Position numbers and translations under genes: made by a program. DNA of 64,000 bases, from NCBI GenBank assembly GCA_963754875.1, contig CAVWHO010000022.1:128001-192000 (forward strand), given 5' to 3'. Origin of the DNA: Nitrospirota bacterium (GTDB lineage: Bacteria; Nitrospirota; UBA9217). Numbering within the stretch: position 1 is the stretch's first letter; every line of letters begins with the position of its first letter. This document shows, one piece after another, positions 50,468 to 59,060 of this stretch. The notes beneath the pieces are model-generated. The model saw nothing but the letters and a program-made list of their open reading frames with translations, was not told the DNA's origin and ran no database searches.

Positions 50468-51160
50468 ATGGCAACGGAAGAGAAGAAAAAAGAGTTGTTG
50501 GAAAAACTGCGGAACGCCGTGATCCAGTACGACGAGGACACGGCAAAAGAGGCTGCCAACGAAGCGCTCGCCGTCGGCTTGGAAGCGAACGACGCCATCT
50601 TCAACGGCCTCGTCTCCGGCATGGTGGAAGTGGGCCGCATGTTCGAGGCCCAGGAGTACTTCGTGCCCGAGCTCTTGATGTGCGCCGACGCGCTCTATGC
50701 GGGCCTGGACATCCTGAAGCCGCATGTGACGCAGCTGGACCTCGGGGTCAAAGGCTCGGTGGTGATCGGGACCGTGGAAGGCGACGTGCACGACATAGGC
50801 AAGAACATCGTGAAGATGATGTTCGACGTTGCCGGCTTTACGGTCTATGACCTGGGCCGCGACGTGCCGCTGGACAAGTTCGTGCAGGAGCAGCTCAGGA
50901 CCGATTCCGACCTGGTCTGCCTTTCGGCCATGATGACCACGACCATGACGGGCATGAAGAAAGTGATCGACGACCTTCGGACCAAGAACCCCAATGTCAA
51001 GATCATGATCGGCGGCGCGCCCGTGTCCCAGGACGTTGCCGAAAAGTACGGGGCCGACGGCTATGCCAAGGACGCTACCAACGCCCTGAAGGACGCCATC
51101 AATATGGTCGCTTCGCTCAAGAAGATGAAAGATGAGGTAGAAGCAAAGAAGGCGAAATGA
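50468..51160 (+). CDS. Methyltransferase cognate corrinoid protein (MtaC/MtbC type)
   Basis: B12 cap domain (EYFVPELL), GTVEGDVHDIGKN, SAMMTTT, GGAP. Confidence 0.95.
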   Translation: MATEEKKKELLEKLRNAVIQYDEDTAKEAANEALAVGLEANDAIFNGLVSGMVEVGRMFEAQEYFVPELLMCADALYAGLDILKPHVTQLDLGVKGSVVIGTVEGDVHDIGKNIVKMMFDVAGFTVYDLGRDVPLDKFVQEQLRTDSDLVCLSAMMTTTMTGMKKVIDDLRTKNPNVKIMIGGAPVSQDVAEKYGADGYAKDATNALKDAINMVASLKKMKDEVEAKKAK

Positions 51161-51816
51161 AGACCGTGCTCAGACACGAGCTGCTGGGGCTGGGCGCCAG
51201 GGTCGTCGGGGTCGCCGGGCTCCGGGGGCATATGAGCGGCGAGCTCGCGCACCTGGACGTTGCCGTGTCTATCGGCCTGGACCGGCGGCTGAACGAGGAC
51301 ACGTTGAGCCACCTCATGAAGCTTCAGAAGCGCGCGGTCCGGTTTCTGAAGACCCGGGGCCATCGCACGCTGGCCATCCCGCCGGACTCGGACCGGATCA
51401 AAGGCACCTTCATTTCGAAGCTCTACTCGCTCTTTAATCACAAAATGGCGGCGACTACCGCGGGGTTGGGATGGATCGGAAAAAACGGACTCCTGATCAG
51501 CCCGGACTACGGCCCCCGGCTTTCTCTGGTCACCGTGCTGACCGACGCGCCGCTCGAACCGGACCGGCCCATGGAACACAGCTTGTGTGGCGATTGTACG
51601 CTCTGCGTGCAGTACTGCCCGTCGCAGGCGATCACCGGAGCGGAGTGGTCGCGCTCCTCGCCCTTTGTGGAACTGGTCCGGCTCGATGCCTGCAGGAGCC
51701 ACAAGGAGACCAAACGGTTGACGGAAGGAAAGCCCAATTGCGGGCTGTGCATCAACATCTGCCCCTATGGAAGACAAGAGACGAATGCGGAGTGCGGAAT
51801 GGAGGGTGCGGAATAA
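51157..51816 (+). CDS. QueG/reductive-dehalogenase-like 2x[4Fe-4S] protein
   Basis: HKMAA..AGLGWIGKNGLLI...GPRL, CGDCTLCVQYCP, CGLCINICP. Confidence 0.8.
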   Translation: MKTVLRHELLGLGARVVGVAGLRGHMSGELAHLDVAVSIGLDRRLNEDTLSHLMKLQKRAVRFLKTRGHRTLAIPPDSDRIKGTFISKLYSLFNHKMAATTAGLGWIGKNGLLISPDYGPRLSLVTVLTDAPLEPDRPMEHSLCGDCTLCVQYCPSQAITGAEWSRSSPFVELVRLDACRSHKETKRLTEGKPNCGLCINICPYGRQETNAECGMEGAE

Positions 51817-51904
51817 CAACCGTCCTTCCCGCAGAGTGCCTCTTGTTTCACCGTGTTCATCCGTGGTTACAATGTTTTGATTCATCTTTATCAGGAGGAA
51901 GTGA

Positions 51905-53887
51905 ATGATTAAGAAACACAAAGTTATATTCCAGCCCTCGGGCAGGCGCGGCGAGATCGAGGACGGTAAGACCATCCTCGAGGCGGCCCAGGCCATGGGC
52001 GTCGACATCGAAGGGCTTTGCGGCAACAAGAAGGTCTGCGGCAAGTGCAAGGTGCGGGTCGAAGAAGGCTACTTCGAGAAGGACAACATCGACTCGGGCA
52101 TGGCCCACCTCTCGCCGATCACCGAAGCGGAGAAAAAGCACATCAAACCCGAGGACGGGCCCGGCATCCGTCTGTCCTGCACGGCAGAGGTCCACGGCGA
52201 CATCAAGGTATTCGTACCCGAGCGGTCGCGTGCGGGCAAGCAGGTGGTGCGCAAGGCCGCCAAAGAGCTCACGATCAAGCTCGACCCGGCCGTGAAAAAA
52301 TATAATGTCGCGCTCGAAAAGCCCTCTTTGCATGATATGACGACCGGAGACTGGGAGCGTGTGCTCAAGTCCCTGGAAGACAACTACGGACTGAAGGGGC
52401 TCACCTTCGATTATCTGGTCCTGAAGGACCTCCAGGACATCCTGCGGAAGGGCGAATGGAATGCGACCGCCACGGTCTGGATGGACAAAGAGATCATCAA
52501 GATGGAGCCGGGGTTCGTTGAACTGAGCTATGGTCTTGCCGTGGACGTCGGGACCACGACCTGCGTAGGCTATCTGACGGACTTGAACACGGGCGCGGTG
52601 GTGAACACCGAGTCCATGATGAATCCCCAGGTGCCCTACGGCGAGGACGTGATGTCGCGCATCACCTACGCTATGAGCAATCCCGGCGTGGGTCTCGATA
52701 CCATGCAGAAGGCGATCATCCAGGGCCTGAACGAGATCATCGAGCGAGTGGTGAGCGAGATCCGGAAGGACGGACCGAACCCGGGCCATGTCATCGACGA
52801 TCTGACGATCGTGTTCAACACGGCCATGCACCACATCTTCCTGGGCCTGAACCCCGAGTATATCGGCCGTTCACCCTTCATTCCCGCGGTGCAGAGCTCG
52901 CTCGATATCAAGGCGCGCGACCTGGGGCTTCGGATCAACCCCGCTTCCTACATCCACGTGCTGCCCATCGAAGCGGGCTTCGTGGGCGCCGACAACGTGG
53001 GCGTGCTGATCGCCGAGGAACCGTACAACCAGGACGAGATGGTCCTGATCATCGACATCGGAACGAACGGCGAACTGCTCATGGGCAACCGGAACAAGGT
53101 CTGCTCCACGTCCTGCGCTACCGGACCTGCCTTCGAAGGCGCCCAGATCAAGTTCGGCATGCGCGCCGCTCCCGGCGCCATCGAGACGGTGGAGATCGAT
53201 CCGGCGACGAAGGAACCGCGGTACAAGGTCATCGGTAAGGCGGACTGGCATACTCATATCGAAAAGGTGAACGCAAAGGGCCTGTGCGGATCAGGCATCA
53301 TCGGCGTTGTCGCCGAGATGTTCAAGGCGGGCGTCATCGACAAGAGCGGAAGGTTCGTCATGGACCTGGGCACCAACCGGGTGCGCAAGGATGCTGACGG
53401 CAAGCCCGAGTATGTCCTTGCCTGGGCGTCGGAGACCTCCATCGGCCAGGACATCACCATCACCCAAGGAGACGTGCGGGCGCTCCAGCTCGCCAAGGGG
53501 GCGCTCTACGCAGGCGCAAAACTGATGATGAAGAGGCTCGGCATTACCAAGCTCGACCGCGTGATCCTGGCAGGCGCTTTCGGAAGCCACATCGACAAGG
53601 TGGCCTCGCTCACGCTCGGCATGTTCCCGGACTGCCCCATCGACATGGTCTACGCCGTGGGCAATGCTGCCGGTGACGGCTCCCGCATGGCCCTTTTGAA
53701 CAGGGACAAGCGTCGCGAAGCGAACGAACGCGCGCGATGGGTGGAGTTCGTCGAGATCGCGACAGACCCGGCGTTTGAAAAAGAATTCATGCAGGCGATG
53801 CATATCCCGCACATGAAGGACAAGTTCCCGAACCTGAAAGCGCTGCTCGAAAAGTCGTCGAAGAGCTTGGTTGAGATAAAGGCATAA
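51905..53887 (+). CDS. ATP-dependent corrinoid reductive activator (RACo/RamA type, ASKHA/DUF4445)
   Basis: N-terminal [2Fe-2S] (CGNKKVCGKC), DVGTTT, DIGTNGE, ATGPAFEG, LAGAFG, GNAAG. Confidence 0.92.
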   Translation: MIKKHKVIFQPSGRRGEIEDGKTILEAAQAMGVDIEGLCGNKKVCGKCKVRVEEGYFEKDNIDSGMAHLSPITEAEKKHIKPEDGPGIRLSCTAEVHGDIKVFVPERSRAGKQVVRKAAKELTIKLDPAVKKYNVALEKPSLHDMTTGDWERVLKSLEDNYGLKGLTFDYLVLKDLQDILRKGEWNATATVWMDKEIIKMEPGFVELSYGLAVDVGTTTCVGYLTDLNTGAVVNTESMMNPQVPYGEDVMSRITYAMSNPGVGLDTMQKAIIQGLNEIIERVVSEIRKDGPNPGHVIDDLTIVFNTAMHHIFLGLNPEYIGRSPFIPAVQSSLDIKARDLGLRINPASYIHVLPIEAGFVGADNVGVLIAEEPYNQDEMVLIIDIGTNGELLMGNRNKVCSTSCATGPAFEGAQIKFGMRAAPGAIETVEIDPATKEPRYKVIGKADWHTHIEKVNAKGLCGSGIIGVVAEMFKAGVIDKSGRFVMDLGTNRVRKDADGKPEYVLAWASETSIGQDITITQGDVRALQLAKGALYAGAKLMMKRLGITKLDRVILAGAFGSHIDKVASLTLGMFPDCPIDMVYAVGNAAGDGSRMALLNRDKRREANERARWVEFVEIATDPAFEKEFMQAMHIPHMKDKFPNLKALLEKSSKSLVEIKA

Positions 53888-54069
53888 AAGAGTACAACAT
53901 CCACCACAGAGACACTCCCTGTGACCTCTGTGGTGCATTGCTATGGTTTGGAATTATCACCGAAGATCTCTCCTTGGTGATAATGGGTTGCAGGGGCAGG
54001 AAGGCTAAGACTTTCCCCGGGCCTTCCTGCCTCTTCTTCCTTGCTCAATGCCAAGAAGGAAAAACGGTT

Positions 54070-54387
54070 ATGACAAAGCTCATCATACACTCAGGGGCAT
54101 GCGGGTATACGGTCACGGTCAAAGCGGAAAAAGGCCAGGGCGGCAAAATAACCATCTCTCTGGAAACCGAATGCGAAATGGTAAAAAAAATGCTCGCTGA
54201 CATCGCTGTCCTTGACCGGTTCGCACCGCTCGCCGGTTTCCTGAGCAATCCGGTGTACCTGTCCGCGGCAAAGCACCTGAAGCACGGGGCCTGTCTTGTG
54301 CCTTCCGGTATCCTGAAGGCTATCGAAGTCGAGGCGGGCCTGAACGTTCCGAAGGACGCGGTGATCGAATTCGGAAAAGAGAGGTAA
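54070..54387 (+). CDS. Small conserved Cys-containing hypothetical protein
   Basis: GACG, TEC, H..C.VPSGILKAIEVEAGL; Shine-Dalgarno AAGGA. Confidence 0.7.
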   Translation: MTKLIIHSGACGYTVTVKAEKGQGGKITISLETECEMVKKMLADIAVLDRFAPLAGFLSNPVYLSAAKHLKHGACLVPSGILKAIEVEAGLNVPKDAVIEFGKER

Positions 54388-54525
54388 GCGAAAAATCCTG
54401 GCTCCTTCGGCTGGTTGTGGATATTGCCGTTCTCCTGGTTATCGCACGCAGGCAGTGGGGATGTTTGCGTATCGGTTATCTCCCCGATATGGTACAATAG
54501 GAAAAAAGCCAGACAACCGGAACGC

Positions 54526-55212
54526 ATGGGAAAACTATTGATACTGACTGCGTATGCAGTGTACGCGGCATTCTGGATACGCCTTTGTGCGCACATACTC
54601 GTTTGGTGGCGGGCCGTACGGCAGAGCACCGGGCCTGCATCCTCTGTCGCTCCCGTGCGCGGGAAGGCATGTGCGCTTGCGGCAGGGGACGTGCTTTTTT
54701 TTGGAAGGCTCTTCATGGTGAATCCCGCACTCTGGCTCGGTGAGTGGGTCTTCCATGCAAGCTTTCTCCTCGTGCTCGCGCGTCATCTTCGTTTTTTTCT
54801 GAACCCGGTCCCTGCGTGGGTATGGTTTCTTCAGACGCCGGGCTTGCTCGCCGGATACATTCTTCCCCTCTCGCTCCTTTACATCCTGGTCATCCGGCTT
54901 CTCACCAAGCAGGAAAAGTATGCATCTCCGGCGAACATGCTTCTTCTCGGCCTGGTCCTCGGCATCAGCACGATCGGTGTGCTTATGCACGCGTTGTTCA
55001 AACCGGATCTCGTCGACGTGAAGCTGTTCATCTTCGGCATCATGAGCTTCTCACCGGCTGTTGTTCCCGGGAGCGTGCTGTTCCTGGTGCACTTCAGCCT
55101 GGTCCTCGTCCTCGTCTCCCTTCTCCCGTCGCACATTTTCACGGCGCCGATCATCATGCTGGAAGCGAGGAAGCGGGAGCAGGCGCTTCACCTGGTGATG
55201 CATGAAAAATAA
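54526..55212 (+). CDS. NarI/HdrE/DsrM-like membrane cytochrome b subunit
   Basis: About five TM helices; His pairs (WVFH...ARHLRFF; LVHF...PSHIF); overlaps the downstream Fe-S gene. Confidence 0.75.
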   Translation: MGKLLILTAYAVYAAFWIRLCAHILVWWRAVRQSTGPASSVAPVRGKACALAAGDVLFFGRLFMVNPALWLGEWVFHASFLLVLARHLRFFLNPVPAWVWFLQTPGLLAGYILPLSLLYILVIRLLTKQEKYASPANMLLLGLVLGISTIGVLMHALFKPDLVDVKLFIFGIMSFSPAVVPGSVLFLVHFSLVLVLVSLLPSHIFTAPIIMLEARKREQALHLVMHEK

Positions 55213-56404
55213 ACGCTCATTCGTCGAAGAACTCTCGCCGCGGCAGATCCTCGAAATCGACGCCTGCACCCAGTGCGGCGAATGCCTCAAACACTGCCCG
55301 GTGCAGGACGTGACCGGCAACCCGACCGTCTCGCCGCCGGAGAAGATCCGTATGTTCCGCGAGTTCATCCGTGCGACCGACGGCCTCAAAGCAAAGCTCT
55401 TCGGCCCCGGCGAGGCAGACCGGAAGATGCTGGAAGACTTCGCCAAGGCGGTCTATGAATGCACGACGTGCGGAGCCTGCGGTCAGAGCTGCACGGTCGG
55501 GATCTTTACCCAACGGCTCTGGCCTGCACTCAGAAAAGAGATGGTGAAGCGCGGCCTGGGGCCCATCGGCGTCCAGGCGAACCTACCGAAGGCGATCATG
55601 AATTCGGGAAATCCCTATGACAAGCCTTCCGCTGACCGTTACAAACCCTGGTTTCCCGAGAACGTAAAGATCGCCGAACGCGCGGACATTGCCTATTACG
55701 CCGGATGTACCGGCGCGTACGAAGCACAGCCCATGGTCAAAGGCGACGTACTCGTCCTCAATGCCATCGGGGAGCCTTTTACCATGCTGTCGCCGGAAGA
55801 CGAGGTGTGCTGCGGTTTTCCGCTCTTCATTACGGGCCAGCACGACGAGCTCAAGGACCTCGTGACACGACTCGTAAACGGATATAAAGCAAAAGGGGTC
55901 AAGGTGCTCGTCTGCTCCTGTCCCTGCTGTGTGAATATCATGTCCCGGGACTGGCCCCTGTTCTATGGCGAAGCGCTTCCGTTCAAAATCCGGCACATCA
56001 CGCAATACGTCTCGGACGCCGTGCAAAAAGGAAAGTTGCGCCTGAACAAGGAGCTGCACGAGTCCGTGATCTATCACGACCCGTGCTATCTTTCCCGTGG
56101 TGTGGGCGTGATTGAGGAGCCGCGCGCAGTGCTCAGGAGCATCCCTGGCATCACGGTCCTCGAGTTCGAGCGGCACGGCTTGAACTCCCGGTGCTGCGGT
56201 TCCGGCGGTGCAGCGAGAAAAGTATTTCATGAAAACGCCATCGCCATGGGCAGGCAGACAATCGACGAGGCTGTGGCGAAAAAAGCGGACCGCTTGATTC
56301 TGAGCTGTCCCGCGTGCTATGCTAAAGTAAACGAAGCAATGAAGGGCCACACGAACCAGATACGGATCACGGACATCATGGAGCTGGTCAGCGGGTTGAT
56401 TTAA
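55202..56404 (+). CDS. HdrD-like heterodisulfide reductase catalytic subunit
   Basis: Two CxxCxxCxxxC motifs plus two CCG domains (GC...CCG...CPCC; HDPC...CCG...CPAC). Confidence 0.85.
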   Translation: MKNKRSFVEELSPRQILEIDACTQCGECLKHCPVQDVTGNPTVSPPEKIRMFREFIRATDGLKAKLFGPGEADRKMLEDFAKAVYECTTCGACGQSCTVGIFTQRLWPALRKEMVKRGLGPIGVQANLPKAIMNSGNPYDKPSADRYKPWFPENVKIAERADIAYYAGCTGAYEAQPMVKGDVLVLNAIGEPFTMLSPEDEVCCGFPLFITGQHDELKDLVTRLVNGYKAKGVKVLVCSCPCCVNIMSRDWPLFYGEALPFKIRHITQYVSDAVQKGKLRLNKELHESVIYHDPCYLSRGVGVIEEPRAVLRSIPGITVLEFERHGLNSRCCGSGGAARKVFHENAIAMGRQTIDEAVAKKADRLILSCPACYAKVNEAMKGHTNQIRITDIMELVSGLI

Positions 56405-56572
56405 GATCGTAACCACTGGAGCTGCGCTCACACGGGGCTTCGCCGCACGGGAAAGCAAATCGGACTTAAGGTTCTTTTATCTTAAAGACTAAGTTTTTTC
56501 TGTGTGCGCGGCAAAACCGCACCCGTGTTCATCTGTGGTTACTAAATCGTTTTGGACGTTAGGTGAGAAATT

Positions 56573-57829
56573 ATGAGCCATTTTTCCATTCAATGCAGGA
56601 ACTGCGGAAAGGTCCTCGAGAACGCGTACTGCGCTTACTGCGAACACTGCAAGGATTCGCTCCTGGTCACGCGCTACAGCGATACCCGGTTTGCTGAAAG
56701 TACGGCAGAGGGCGTCTGGAGATTTAACTGGCTTCCGGTCCACGAGCCGAAGATCTCCCAGCCCGGGCCTGTGGTCTACCGGTCAGAAGGTCTGGCGCGC
56801 GAGGTCGGGCTCGAAAACCTGCATATCGCCTTCAACGGATACTGGCCGGAGAAGGGCGCGTTCCTCGAAACCTGCACGTTTAAGGAGTTCGAGGCCGCGA
56901 TCGTACTCCAGAATGCCCGCGAGAGCGGCATGGAAGGCCTTATCGTTGCGTCGGCAGGGAACACGGCCCGTGCCTTTTCGCACCTCTCCGCAGTCACCGG
57001 CTTCCCGGTCGTGATCGTGGTGCCGCGCATGTGCCTTACCGAAATGTGGTATCTCGAAGACTCTTCTATCGTGCCCACGCTTGCCGTGGGTGACGGCGAC
57101 TATGCGGACTCCATCGACGTTGCCAAGAAGGTCGCCATGGCCGTGGGGTTCCCCTTCGAAGGCGGCGTGAAAAACATCGCAAAGCGCGACGGCCTCGGCA
57201 TCGTCATGCTCGAAGCGGTTTCCAAAATAGGAAAACTTCCTGACCATTACGTACAGGCCGTGGGCAGCGGTACCGGCGCTGTCGGAGGCTGGGAGATGGC
57301 CGAGCGGTTCGTCAAAGACGGACGGTACGGCTCTAAGCTCCCGGTCCTGCACCTCGGACAGAACCTGCCCTTCGCTCCCATGGTCCATGCCTGGGAAAAA
57401 GGCAGCAGGACACTCTTTCCAGAGGACCTGAATCCGGAGCTCATCTCTCGTATAACGACGAAAGTTCTCTCCACTCGCTACCCTGCGTATTCTGTCAAGG
57501 GAGGCGTGTTCGATGCGCTGACCGCGACCAAAGGATCCATGTACGGTATCGAAAACGACGAAGTCTACGCAGCTATGGATGCATTCCACAAAGCAGAGGG
57601 AATAGATATCGTTCCTGCTTCGGGCGTGGCCGTTGCCACACTGAAGGCGGCAGTAAACAAAGGCTCAATCAAGAGCAACGATACGGTCCTGCTGAACATT
57701 ACCGGCGGCGGTGAAACGCGGTTGCGGAAGGACAAAAAAACTTACTTCGTCGTGCCCAAGTTCATTTCCAAGAAGGTGACGGAGAAAGAGATCGAGGAGC
57801 TGCTGTGCCACGTCCTGAAGAAGAGCTGA
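56573..57829 (+). CDS. Cysteate synthase (PLP-dependent, threonine synthase-like)
   Basis: N-terminal CxxC/CxxC, FNGYWPEKGA..TCTFKEFEA, SAGNTARAF, EGGVKNIAKRDGLG, QAVGSGTG, QNLPF.PM, LNITGGG. Confidence 0.88.
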   Translation: MSHFSIQCRNCGKVLENAYCAYCEHCKDSLLVTRYSDTRFAESTAEGVWRFNWLPVHEPKISQPGPVVYRSEGLAREVGLENLHIAFNGYWPEKGAFLETCTFKEFEAAIVLQNARESGMEGLIVASAGNTARAFSHLSAVTGFPVVIVVPRMCLTEMWYLEDSSIVPTLAVGDGDYADSIDVAKKVAMAVGFPFEGGVKNIAKRDGLGIVMLEAVSKIGKLPDHYVQAVGSGTGAVGGWEMAERFVKDGRYGSKLPVLHLGQNLPFAPMVHAWEKGSRTLFPEDLNPELISRITTKVLSTRYPAYSVKGGVFDALTATKGSMYGIENDEVYAAMDAFHKAEGIDIVPASGVAVATLKAAVNKGSIKSNDTVLLNITGGGETRLRKDKKTYFVVPKFISKKVTEKEIEELLCHVLKKS

Positions 57830-58929
57830 TAGCCATACTCAAAAAGCACGGCGTGGACTTCACTGCCACGCTGCCCTGCGAGAAGTTCAAGACTCTTCTC
57901 GAGATGGTCGCTCATGACTTCACCCACGTACCCCTTACGCGGGAAGAGGAAGGCGTCGGCATATGCGCCGGCGCAGCGCTCGCCGGCAAACGGCCGGCAA
58001 TGTTCGTCCAGAGCTCGGGCATCGGAAACATGATCAACGCCCTGCTTTCGCTCACGCAGTTCTACGAACTTCCGCTCGCATTGTTCGTCAGCCGCAGAGG
58101 AATTTACCAGGAAAAAATCGAGGCCCAGTTCCCGATGGGACAGCGCCTTCCGGGGATACTTTCAGGCGCTGGAATTTCCTATTCAGAAATAAACAGCAGC
58201 CAAGATTTCGCTACCGTAGGCAACGAACTGGGGGAAGTTTTTAAGACCAATAAGATTCATGCGTTCCTCCTGAGCCCGGCAGTGTGGGTTGGGTCAGAAT
58301 GCAAAGGAACGAGAACACAGTGTAAAGTGCAGGAAAGAGCTGCGGAAGGAACAATGCGTAAGACCGGTATGCCGGAGTTCACGCGCTACGATGTCATCAG
58401 GATCATCGCACCGTACCTCGAAGGCAAGGCCGTTGTGAGCAATCTCGGCTGGCCGTCAAAAGAGCTCTATGCGCTCAAGCACCTACCTTCAAACTTCTAC
58501 ATGCTTGGGAGCATGGGCATGGCCACGCCTGTCGGACTCGGCATTGCACTGACGTCGCCAAAGGACATTGTCGTGATCGACGGCGACGGCAGCCTGCTCA
58601 TGAATCCCGGCACTCTTGCCACAGCGGCCTATGCCAATCCGAAGAATCTGACGATTATCGCGATCGACAACGGCGCCTACGGGTCAACGGGAAACCAGCC
58701 TACTTTCGCGGCCTCCTGCGTTGATCTGGAACAGGTGGCTGGGGGATTTGGGTTTAGGCACACGTTGAAGGTGTCAACGGAAAAGGAATTAACAGAGGTA
58801 ATGAAGCAGCAGCGGCAGGGTCCCGCCTTTATTCACGTTCTCGCCATTCCGGGAAACAAAGACGTGCCGAACATTCCGGTCCCTCACCTTGAGATTAAAA
58901 AGCAGGTGCAGAAGTTTTTGAAAAGGTAG
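57805..58929 (+). CDS. comDE: Sulfopyruvate decarboxylase, fused ComD-ComE
   Basis: LPCE, TREEEGVGICAGA, QSSGIGNMINAL, NFYMLGSMG, TPP motif DGDGS...DNG.YGSTGNQ; adjacent to cysteate synthase. Confidence 0.88.
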   Translation: MPRPEEELIAILKKHGVDFTATLPCEKFKTLLEMVAHDFTHVPLTREEEGVGICAGAALAGKRPAMFVQSSGIGNMINALLSLTQFYELPLALFVSRRGIYQEKIEAQFPMGQRLPGILSGAGISYSEINSSQDFATVGNELGEVFKTNKIHAFLLSPAVWVGSECKGTRTQCKVQERAAEGTMRKTGMPEFTRYDVIRIIAPYLEGKAVVSNLGWPSKELYALKHLPSNFYMLGSMGMATPVGLGIALTSPKDIVVIDGDGSLLMNPGTLATAAYANPKNLTIIAIDNGAYGSTGNQPTFAASCVDLEQVAGGFGFRHTLKVSTEKELTEVMKQQRQGPAFIHVLAIPGNKDVPNIPVPHLEIKKQVQKFLKR

Positions 58930-59060
58930 CGTGGTTCCGCCCGACTATGCTAAGGGAGTAAAAACAAAATATTGAGAAGAAAAAAAATACCTATATACGC
59001 ATTTTGGGGTGTTAGACCGCCAGCAAATGTTATTCCATGCACCATCGCGAGGAGGAGTAT

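Noticed and set aside
56573..57829. Threonine synthase thrC
   Set aside because: The FNGYWPE/TCTFKEFEA motifs and coupling to comDE fit cysteate synthase better than ThrC (typically SFKDRG).
46573..58929. Methanogenesis or archaeal contamination
   Set aside because: No mcr or mtrA-G genes; the cluster has a bacterial sigma54 promoter and is continuous with bacterial housekeeping genes. A chimeric assembly cannot be fully excluded without reads.
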